Shown here: positions 23,032-33,080 of the stretch, one piece after another | How positions within the stretch are numbered: the first letter of the stretch is position 1 | Layout of the letters: every line of letters starts with the position of its first letter | Source of the DNA: Utricularia gibba | Taxonomy: Eukaryota; Plantae; Magnoliophyta | Direction of reading: 5' to 3' | DNA length: 64,000 bases | NCBI GenBank assembly: GCA_002189035.1 | Contig: CM007990.1 | Coordinates: forward strand, 806,001-870,000 | The notes under the pieces: model-generated | Databases searched by the model: none | Told to the model about the DNA's origin: nothing | The model's input: only the letters and a program-made list of their open reading frames with translations | Made by a program: the position numbers and the translations under genes

Positions 23032-23478
23032 TCACACTGGAGGCGACGGCGGCTCGGAATCCACAGCTCCCTCTTCCCTTTTGGCGACCTTGTGATAAAG
23101 CACTCGCATGGTTTCCCAGTTCGAGAGGACGAAGATCGGCGGAGAGAGCACGAGGGGTATGTAGGAGGAGTACCGGGGAGGTGCAAACAGAGAAAGGAAG
23201 GAAAGGGTTGCAGCGATGGCGGAGAAGGAAGCAGGGAGGAGCATCAGCTCGTCCCATGACGGGGAGTAGACGCCGCTCAGGGCGTCGATTATCCAGTAGG
23301 CGAAGAACATGGCAAGGAAGAGCCGCATCATCGGAACCTGAACAGGATCCACCCCTTTTACTTGATACGTTACCAGAAGGATCCCCAATGGGATCGGAAT
23401 CAGACGCCCCGTGATTTCCTTGAACACCGCCCGCAACGCCTTCATCGTCGACGGCCTGGATTTCGCCGTCCGCCGCAT
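23032..23478 (-). CDS. Gene X-B: intact intronless 148-aa paralog of X-A
   Basis: The first ATG is at 23478 (the ORF track begins at a TTG). Translation is MRRTAKSRPSTMKALRAVFKEITGRLIPIPLGILLVTYQ...PPSPPV*, with a TATATA element ~80 nt upstream (~23556-23562). Confidence 0.8.
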   Translation of the reverse strand: MRRTAKSRPSTMKALRAVFKEITGRLIPIPLGILLVTYQVKGVDPVQVPMMRLFLAMFFAYWIIDALSGVYSPSWDELMLLPASFSAIAATLSFLSLFAPPRYSSYIPLVLSPPIFVLSNWETMRVLYHKVAKREEGAVDSEPPSPPV

Positions 23479-24425
23479 CAACCAGGGCCTGAAATCGAGG
23501 ATCAGAAGGGAAGAAAGGATGTACAGTGTGGCCTTTCTTCGCCGTGTTGGGTTCAATATATAGGTAGATAGGAGGAAGAAGAAACTCTAGACAGAGGGAT
23601 CTGGTGGGGGATGGGAATCATCCCCCATACCTCTACATTTATCTCACCTTCACTCCAGCCTTTTCTCCTTGCTTCAGCTCAAGTTGAAATAAACTAAACT
23701 ACATTCAATGCTGCAAACGAGAGAAGGAATGACTCGCAGCAAAGGAAGCATTGAAAATGAAGACATGAGGAAGTACCCGGGGATGGTACTTCGAATGCAA
23801 AATACTTATCACATTTGTTGATCAATTGTGGGGAAGACGAGATCTGCTCCTTTAATTCAACACACTCAAATTATTAGAACAAACAATCACGACGTTATTT
23901 TAAAATAAAATAATCAATTATATGAAAAATTATATATCATATTAATCAATTAAATTTAATATTTTTAATGTGATATATGTATTTTTATATATTTAGATTT
24001 TAGGTATGTTTATCTATTCATCAAATTCTTCATTTGAATAAGAAGAAAGTCAAAAGATCAGGATGGCAAATATCATAATAAAATCAAGAAACGTCGACCT
24101 ATCCGCAATTAAATGAAACCTGCACAAGCGAAAGGTCATGGCCAATCCACGTCGGCCATCTATTATTTACCAATTTTTACGTAAATTTTTTTTTCAAACA
24201 CTCTTTAAAAATACATATAATATGGACGACAAAATATGTTAGATACAAAATTAATTTAAAAATTTTATTAAAAAGCTGTAAAATAATTAATTAAATCAAT
24301 TTATGAAACATTTTTTTATTATTTAAACGTATTATTAACGTATTTTATTTTAATAATTTATTACTGTTATTATATTAATGTAATATGTATTATGTATATA
24401 CGTAATGCTATTGTTATTTTTTTGT

Positions 24426-26490
24426 TATAAAAACACTAGGGTTTGGACAGTGTATCCTCATCCACAACACTCCTCCAGGACAAACCTTCCCGGTGACCGT
24501 GGAGGCCGTAATCGCCTCCTATTCCTTCTGCGGGAGGTGTTCAAAACACTCTGCAGGTCTCCAGGATGAATTTCTTTGCGTATTGGATGATCGATGTCCT
24601 GAACGGAATATGGCCGCAGTTCAACGAGCTTCTGATAAATGACAAGAATGGTTTCCCAGTTCGCGGGGGTGAAGATCGGGGGAGAGCACGGGTTGGAAAT
24701 TTGGTGTTGGAGAAGAGCTGTGTGTGGAGAGTGGTTTAGAAAGAGTACCGTCGATGTGCGAAAATAGGGAGGAAGAAAAGGCTTCCCGTGATTCGAGGGA
24801 GGAACATCAACTCCTCCCACCGTCCAAGGCGCTGCGGGAGGTGTTCATCACGGAACCTGTTTCCCGTCTCCACGATGAAACTATTCATCGCTGAATTCTT
24901 CGCGATTTGGATGATCGATGCCCTGAACGGGATAGGGCCGCCGTTTGACGGCCTTCTGGTAAGCGATATGAATGGTTTACCAGATCAAGAGGAGGAAGAT
25001 CGGTGGGGAGAGCAGGAGCGGTGCGTAGAAGGAGTACCGCTGAGGTGCGAAGAGAGAGAGGAATGAAAGGCTTCCGGTGATTCCTGAGAAGGAAGCAGGG
25101 AGGAGCCGATGGAAAGTAGATCCACCCTTTCTCCCCTACCGATCCTCGATTTCGTACCCTTTTACATCGGCTCCTAACTGCTTCCCAACAAGACTTGTAG
25201 TATTTTAATTATGAGTGCTCAGAAACTGATGAATATATTCAAATTCATTACTCAATATGTCATGAGTTCCCTTCTCCAAACCGTTGTGCAGCCTACGACA
25301 GTTCTCTATCGAGCTCCCGCTCCGGCTGTCTTCATCATGTCCCTCAGTCTCTCCTGACCTACGCCAGCATCATGCGGCGGCGCGCGCGATTCTGTTGGGT
25401 GCATGGTTGCGTAGGCCATGAGAGACGAGGAATATGATGAAGACCGCAGGAGCATAGCTCGGTGGAGACTATGGCGGGCTGCACAACGCTTTGGAGAAGA
25501 GAACTCATGACTGGGACAACAAATTGAGTGATGAATTGGAATGTGCTTATCAGTTTCTCCGTCATGGAGGGGGGGCTTGCAGAAGGAAACGGAACCTTCC
25601 GAGGGGTTCGAAGATGATGAAGGCGCTGCGGGAGGTGTTCAAAACCCTCTTTCACGTCTCCATGATGAAACTATTCATCTCTAATTTCTTCGCGTTTTGG
25701 ATGATCGATGTCCTGAACGGGATATGACCGCCGTTGAACGACCTGCTGATAAACGACATGCAAGGTTTGCCAGTTCAAGAGGACGAAGATCATGTGCGAA
25801 GAGAGAGAGGAATGAAAGGCTTCCGGTGATTCCTGAAAAGGAAGCAAGGAGGAGCCGATGGAAAGTAGACGCTGCTCAGGGCGTCTAATATCCAGTAAGC
25901 GAGGAAATGCCAAGGAAGAGCTCATTGGGACTTCAAGAGGTCCACTGCTTTTACGTCGTAGTTGCCATATGGATCTTCAGCGGGATCGGAATCAAACTCC
26001 CGGTGACTGCTTTGGAAACCTCCCCAACGCCTTCATCTTCAAGGGGATCCACCCCTTCTGATGAGGGCGTTGAGGGGAGGTTTTCAAAGCAGTCACCAGG
26101 CGTCTGATTCCGATCACACTGGGGATCCTTATGGCAACTTATGACGTAAAAGCACTGGATAAGTCCCAATGATAGGCTTTTCCTTGTCCTTTCCTCGCTT
26201 ACTCGATAATAGACGCCCGGAAGGCGTCTACTTTCCATCGGATCTTCCATGCTTCCTCCTCCGCAATCGCAGCAACCCTCTCCTTCCTTCCTCTCTTTGC
26301 AGCTCCCCGGAACTCCTCTTACGTACCCGTCGTGTTCTCCCCGCCGATCTTCGTCGTCTCGAGATGGGAAACCATTCGTCATTTATCAGAAGGACAAGGC
26401 TAGGAGTAGGGAAGATGATGACGTGGTGGTGGACGGCGCGCCGCCACCCTCTCCGGTGTAACCCGCCGGCGATACTATTTTTCAATTAGG
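24426..26490 (+). repeat. Unit U3: promoter cassette plus chimeric X/Z array. Includes a Z hairpin (25221-25558) and an X hairpin (25735-26037 / 26060-26400).
   Basis: TATAAAAA at 24426. AGAAACTGAT..CTCAAT pairs with ATTGAG..ATCAGTTTCT. AACGCCTTCATC/GATGAGGGCGTT closes a 22-nt loop. Confidence 0.92.
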
Positions 26491-26989
26491 TCGAAATATC
26501 TAACAACACTATCTCCTTAAATATCTAACTTTGTTCTGTTCCTATTTGCCGAACATGCAATATCAAAAGGATGTTTTAAATTCAAAAACTATCAAGCAAT
26601 ACTATAACAGAATAGAATTTAACCTTAGCTTAGGACCTGTTATATGTTATAAATTTATTGGAGTTATTCTATTTAATTTTTTAATATTTTAATCTTTAGC
26701 CATTTTGTAATAAAATCAGAAATTTTGAATTTATTGAATCTATTTTTTCTAAATAAGAGATTCACTTTTTGATAATAGATTAATTGAATCTTTAGACATT
26801 TTTCTAAATAAGAGATTAATTAGAAAAAATATAATATTTATTTTTTATATATTGTAAAAATATATTTATATCATAAAAATAAATTATATAATAATTTAAT
26901 ATATTAAACTTTACAATATATATTTAAGTTTATTAAATTTTATAATATAATTTTATGTTATATTATAAAACTTTATGAGTGTCGAATAC

Positions 26990-27100
26990 CATTTCAGCAA
27001 TAATATCTTTACTGTTGATCCAAGGCTGGCTACTGCACTCTGGAGGAGAAACTTATCTTTGGCATGTCCTGAGGCGCCTCTTTTTGTGCTTGCATTGTAA
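26990..27100 (-). pseudogene. VAP27: Single relic exon of a VAP27/PVA (VAMP-associated, MSP domain) gene
   Basis: AG|TT ACA ATG CAA GCA CAA AAA GAG GCG CCT CAG GAC ATG..AAA GAT AAG TTT CTC CTC CAG AGT..GCT GAA ATG|GT reads VTMQAQKEAPQDM(qc)KDKFLLQSAVAS..KDIIAEM, with two small deletions. Confidence 0.88.
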
Positions 27101-27159
27101 CTTAAGTACATAGAAAAAGAATCAGAAAACCCTAAACTGCTAACAGTCAAACACGAGTA

Positions 27160-27600
27160 CACTCGAATACCCGCGTCATCGGACAACAATATTTATGAAA
27201 CTCCATGCTTTCGATACACATGCCATGAGTGGAAGAATTACATATGTAAGAAATTTTACTATGTGAACTGTAAAGAGATTCAGGTGTTATCAGACAACAA
27301 TCTTTACAGAATTTTATGCTTCGGATAGACATGCCATGAATAAAAGAATTACAGATGTAAGAAATTTTACTATGTGAACTGTAAAGAGATTCAGGTGTTA
27401 TCAGACAACAATCTTTACAGAATTTTATGCTTCGGATAGACATGCCATGAATAAAAGAATTACAGATGTAAGAAATTTTACTATAGATTTACATGTCATC
27501 ATACAATAATCTTTATGAAACTCCGTGCTTTCCATAAACATACCATGAGTGGAAGAATTACAGATATAAGGAAGTTCACTATGTAAACAAAAAACATAAT
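27160..27600. repeat. Tandem repeat with 111-bp period, ~3.5-4 copies
   Basis: GTAAGAAATTTTACTA recurs at 27246, 27357 and 27468. The two central copies are nearly identical and the outer copies are degenerate. Confidence 0.92.
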
Positions 27601-28181
27601 GTTGCTGATACAAAAATCGCAAAAACAAAAATCTTGTATGTGTATTCTCTTCTATTACAACAAAAAGGATAATAAGGCAAGTTGTAGACAGTAGCTTTTA
27701 TAGACACAAAGCATAACAAACTTCATACGAAAATAGAATCTAATAAGATTATGTTTCAGATCTCAATAGTATAATTAAACCTGCGAAATGCTGATCGAGT
27801 TGCTCACTTCCAACGGCTGTATAGCTTTTATTACTCGGTATTATTTCAATATTCCAAGATTATCTTTTAGCTTAACATGAACTTGTTCAAGCACGTAATC
27901 CCCGCTTGATACGTGTAGCAGATATTCTTGAAACGTATCTCAAACACCCTAATTTGGTCAGCTTTGATTGGGAGAACATTCCAAGTCTTAGCAAGCTTTT
28001 TAAAAAAAAAAAAAATCTAAATGAATGATTTTTTTTTTAAAAATGAATTATAAATTTATGAAATATTTTTTATTATTTAAATGTATTATTTATGTATTAT
28101 ATTTTCATAATTTATTACTGTAATTATATTAATGTAATATATATATTATGCATTTACGTAATGTTATTGTTATTTTTTTGT

Positions 28182-29190
28182 TATAAAAACTGTAGGGCTT
28201 CGACAGTGCATCCTCATCCACAACACTCCTCCAGGACAAACCTTCCCGGTGACCGTGGATGCCGTAATCGCCTCCTATTCCTTCTGCGGGAGGTGTTCAA
28301 AACACTCTGCAGGTCTCCAGGATGAATTTCTTCGCGTTTTGGATGATCGATGTCCTGCACGGGATATGCCTGCAGGCTGCGGTTGGACGACCTTCTGATA
28401 AATGACACGAATGTTTTCCCAGTCGCGGGGATGAAGATTGGGGGAAAGAGCTGGAGCGGTACGAAGAAGACGTCCCGCTGAGGTGCGAAGAGAGATCGGA
28501 AGGTAAGGGCCCCAGTTATTAGTGAGCAGGAAGCAGGGAGGAGCATCCACTCCTACAACCATGGAAAATAGACGCTGCTCAAAGCGTCTATTACCCAGAA
28601 AAGAAAGAACATGATGAGAAAAACCCTCATTCTGGGGACTTCAAAGGGGATCCAACAGTTTTACGTCATATTTGACTAGAAGGATCCCCAAAGGGATCAG
28701 AATCAAACGGTCGACGAGTGCTCTTGAAACCTACCGCAAGTCCCTCATCGAACGTTTGATTTTGATCCCTTTGGGGATCCTTCTAGTCAAATATGACGTA
28801 AAAGGGGGGATCCCCTTGAAGTCCCTATGGTGAGGCTCCTCCTCATCATGTTCCTTGTTTTCTGGGTAATGGACGCCTTGAGCAGCGTCTATTTTCCATC
28901 GCGGGGAGGAATGGATGCTTCTCCCTGCTTCCTGGTCACTAATCACTGGATCCCTTTCCTTCCGATCTCCCTTGTACCGCTCCTGCTCTCTCCCCCCATC
29001 TTCATCCTCACGAACTCGGAAACCATTCGTGTCATTTATCAGAAGGACAGGGCTAAAAGTAGGGAAGATGATGACGCGGTATTGGACGACACGCCGCCGC
29101 CCTCTCCGGTGTAACCCGCCGGCGGTACTATTTTTCAATTAGCTTTAATTCAAACTTTTTCACAAACAACAAATAATTTGCATATTCATA
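28182..29190 (+). repeat. Unit U4: promoter cassette plus X hairpin (arms 28383-28709 / 28753-29046)
   Basis: TATAAAAA at 28182. A perfect 41-bp stem (28659-28699 / 28763-28803) and a perfect 23-bp stem (28391-28413 / 29024-29046) flank a ~43-nt loop. Confidence 0.94.
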
Positions 29191-29269
29191 CATTAATGCA
29201 AGATGAATTTCTTTGCGTTTTGGATGATCGATGTCCTGAACGGGAAATGCCTGCAGGCTGCAGTTGGAC

Positions 29270-29658
29270 GACCTTCTGATAAGGACACGAATGGTTTCCC
29301 AGTCGCGGGGATGAAGATTGGGGAAAGAGCAGGAGCGGTACGTAGAAGGCATCCCGCTGAGGTGCGAAGAGTGCGATAAAGGAAAGGGTTCCAGTGATTA
29401 CTGAGAAGGAAGCAGGGAGACGCATCAACTCCTCCCACGATGAAAAGTAGACGCTGCTCAGGGCGTCTATTATCCAGAACCCAAAAAACATGATGAGGAA
29501 GAGCCTCATCAATGGAACTTGAACAGGATCCACACCTTTTTCTTGATATGTTACGAGAAGGATCCCAGTGGGATCGGAATCAAACGCTCCATGATTGCCT
29601 TGAACACCTCCCGCAGCTCCCTCATAGTCAGCGGGTAGGGTTTCGCACTGCTCGCCAT
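29270..29658 (-). pseudogene. Gene X-C: frameshifted paralog whose 3' end is fused to an inverted X-A-type fragment (29200-29270)
   Basis: MASSAKPYPLTMRELREVFKAIMERLIPIPLG^ILLVTYQEKGVDPVQVPLMRLF..., with a 1-nt deletion at ~29568 and a second shift near 29325. Confidence 0.85.
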
Positions 29659-29665
29659 CCAGGCA

Positions 29666-29758
29666 GAATCAGGGTATGAAATACGAGTTCAGGAGAGGAG
29701 AAATGATATGCGGAATCAGGGTAGAAATACAAGTTCAGGAGAGGAGAAATGACGCGCG
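29666..29758. repeat. Tandem duplication 2 x ~47 bp immediately upstream of X-C
   Basis: GAATCAGGGTA..AAATAC.AGTTCAGGAGAGGAGAAATGA starts at 29666 and 29713. Confidence 0.9.
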
Positions 29759-30393
29759 TGGTAACGTTTTTTTGGGTTCGCCTTCGCGTATTACATAGGC
29801 GGAGGGTCAGTTATGGTATAACTGTGGCGTTCTTGATTCAGTTCAGGAAATGAATCAAAACCTTGTGGGCGAAGTTAAGCCATCTTGTTTCAATTTTGGA
29901 TATGATGAGGACACTTAGTCAAATCTCTCGCAACGTTTTCATATCGACTAGTTGGATTTCATATGCTGCGCAATAATATGTAGCGAAAAAGGTTAGGTGA
30001 ATGCTGGGGTGGTCATTTCTGAGAAAATGAAAGCAGAAATAGCAAACCGGAACGACTTCACCCCAGTCGAAGACCCCACCGTGCCACAGAAGTCATGGGG
30101 TTTGAATGCGGTAGTTTTTCGGGCTCGAACGAAGTGAGAGGTAGGGAGAGCTCGAAAAAAGCCGAGGAACGAAGTGGCTCGACGATAGGGAGAGAACGCG
30201 ACGAAGTCGAAAAAATGCATACTAGGTATTTTTTAAAAACACTCGTTCATTGGGTGTTGCGTGGCATGCCTGTAGGGTTTTTTTTAAAAAAATACCCATT
30301 GCATTTTAAGTGTGTTAAAAATATAATCACGCTATATGCATAGTGTGTGAGAGAGAAATACACTAGTTAGTGATGAGTCGGCTTCTAAAAGAT

Positions 30394-30814
30394 TGTTAAT
30401 ATGACACATTCTGAAAAGCGGCCGGATTACGGCATAACAGACGGCCGATATCTGAAAAGCGAGATCGTATAGCAGTTGTAGAAATCAACCGATATTTGCA
30501 AACGTCAGGATTCGACCAGATTGAGCTCTTCTATAAATAGAAGAAATCATTACGCAGAAAGGGTTGAATTCTAAGAACTATTCAACTTGTATCATCTTCT
30601 TCGCCATCTCCATCTAGTGGAAATCTTCTTCGGCGAGGTCCGATAGCTCCGTGGTTTTTCTGTACTCCGGCGATTTCCAGATAAAAATCTCCACTTACTC
30701 TTGTTTCAACCGATCAAACCGAACCAATCACGAAAAACACTTAAGTGCGATATTCCCGATCGCACCTATCATACTAAATCGGCTTCTTTCAGGATACCAA
30801 TTTTACTCATAACA
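30394..30814 (+). mobile_element. Possible solo LTR, ~420 bp
   Basis: TGTTA...TAACA termini with an internal CTATAAATAG. No perfect TSD (AAGAT/TTTAG). Confidence 0.5.
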
Positions 30815-31733
30815 TTTAGATTTAAAAAACACCTCATGCCTAGAGCATCGAGTTCATGACGTACTCATATTCACACCTATTTACCGTTATTCAGGGGGGA
30901 GGCCCCCCACGTGTGCATAGGTTTTTGAGTTTCTCAATCACTTTTAAAAATCAATGTGATCTAACCAATTAAAACTTGTACATACGAGATACTTAATTCA
31001 TTCTCAGATCCAAGGATTAAAGGAATATTATTCCATATAAATTAATTTAAATTGATTTCAACTAGCAATATAGAATTACACATCTATTCTCCAATTCAAC
31101 GGTATTTGCCTTTTATTGCTCAGCATTAATTTAAATTGTACCATTAAACCTGAGGTGCAACTCAACATTGAAGTATAAATATGAATTGAAACCAAACGTG
31201 TAAAAGTAGTTTTTGTGTCATGAATATTACAATATCTCTCTCAACCATTGCTCCCCAAGTCCTTCAGTGCATAGCTTCAAGTTAGGAAGCTCAAAACTAG
31301 GCTAGGCTTCAAATTCAGATTCTATAAAACGTCTCCTCCTTTCAAGTCGCCAACAAGAACAAGAAATGGAAAAGATATTAAAAACTTTTTCGGTCGCCGG
31401 TGGCGGATCCCCGTCGAACACTTTGTGAGAACGACGAAAGGGAGAGAAGAGACCCGGTTTTTTTTTTTTTTCATCTTCAATTATTTAACAATTTTTAACG
31501 CAACGACGCAATATGTTTTCATTTTTTAAAACACAAACTAAATTAAAATTCTATTAAAAACTCTAAACTAATTAATTAAATCAATTTATAAAAAGATTTA
31601 ATTATAAATTTATGAAATATTTTTTTCATTATTTTAACGTATTATTAACATATTTTATTTTAATAATTTATTACTGTTATTATATTAATGTAATATATAT
31701 TATGTATTTACGTAATGTTATTGTTTTTTTTGT

Positions 31734-33080
31734 TATAAAAGCACTAGGGTTTGGACCGTGCATCCTCATCCACAACACTGCTCCAGGACAAACCTTCCCG
31801 GTGACCGTGGACGCCGCCATCGTCTCCTATTCCTTCTGCAGGTCTCCAGGATGAATTTCTTTGCGTTTTGGGTGATCGATGCCCTGAACCGGATATGGCC
31901 GCAGTTGGACGACCTTCCGATAAACGACAGGAATGGTTTCCCAGTTCTTGAGGATGAAGACGGTGGAAGAGAGGAGGAGCGGTAGGTAGATGGCGTACCG
32001 CTGAGGTGCGAAGAGAGCGATAAAGGAAAGGGTTCCAGTGATTGATGAAAAGGAAGGAGGGAGGAGCATCCACTCCACCCACGATGGAAAATAGACGCTG
32101 CTCAAGGCGTCCATTACCCAGAAAACAAAGAACATGATGAGGAAGAGCTTCATCATGGGGACTTCAAAGGGGATCCACCCCTTTTTACATCGCAGTTTAC
32201 GAGAAGGATCCCCAATGGGATCAGGATGAAACGATCCATGAGCGTTTTAGAAACCTCCCGCAACGCCCGCATAGTCAATGGGCAGGGAACCGCACTGCAC
32301 GCCATCTAGGATGAATCGGGGCTTGAAATTGAGGATCAGAAAAGGGATCCACCCAATTCTTTCCTCGCACAGTACGAAACCCAACGCGTCGACGGTGAAG
32401 GCGTTAGGGGAGGTTTCTAAAGCGGTCACAGATCGTTTGATCCCGCTCCCATTGGGGATCCTTCTGGTAAACTGCGATGCGAAAAGGGGTGGATCCCCTT
32501 GAAGTCCTGATAAAGGAAGATCCAATGTGCCCACACTCAAGGCAGTAGAATATGACCGTTAAAGAATAATTGTTCATGTATTTAAATAGAATTGCAGTGT
32601 ACAAAAACTCATGGAATGAATGAGAACTCACTTCTTCCTCCTCTGTATTTGCTGCTTCCTGTTTCCACATCCGTGTAGATTGGTTTCTTATCAAGTCCCC
32701 ATGATGAGGCTCTTCCTCATCATGTTCTTTGTTTTCTGGGTAATGGACGCCTTGAGCAGTGTCTACTTTCCGTCGTGGGAGAAGTTGATGCTCCTCCCTG
32801 CTTCATTTTCATTAATCACTGGAAGCTTTTGCTTGATTGCTTTCTTCGCACCTCAGCGGTACGCCTTCTACGTACGGCTCCTGCTCTCTTCCCCCATCTT
32901 CATCCTCACGAACTGTGAAACCATTCGTGTCATTTATCAGAAGGACAAGGCTAGGAGTAGGGAAGAGGATGACACGGTATTGGAAGCCACGCGCCGCCCT
33001 CTCCCGCCGGCGGTACTATTTTTCAATTAGCTTTAATTCAAACTTTTTCACAAACAACAAATAATTTGTATATTCATACC
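31734..33080 (+). repeat. Unit U5: promoter cassette plus X hairpin (arms ~31905-32260 / 32395-32944)
   Basis: TATAAAA at 31734 and the same leader as U3/U4. The antisense arm runs through an X-C-type ATG. The 3' tail is shared with U4 (29110-29190). Confidence 0.92.
32508..32693. mobile_element. 186-bp solo LTR (Copia/TRIM-sized) inserted in the right arm of U5
   Basis: TGATAA...TTATCA termini with a perfect 5-bp TSD AGTCC (32503-32507 and 32694-32698). Confidence 0.85.

Noticed and set aside
27160-27600. CRISPR-like array
   Set aside because: The whole unit repeats with no unique spacers, the context is eukaryotic and there are no cas genes.
12150-33080. MITE, Pack-MULE or foldback transposon explanation for the inverted repeats
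   Set aside because: The arms are made of coding sequence of neighbouring genes, lack conserved termini and TSDs, and have different loop positions in each unit. Not fully excluded without a TE library search.
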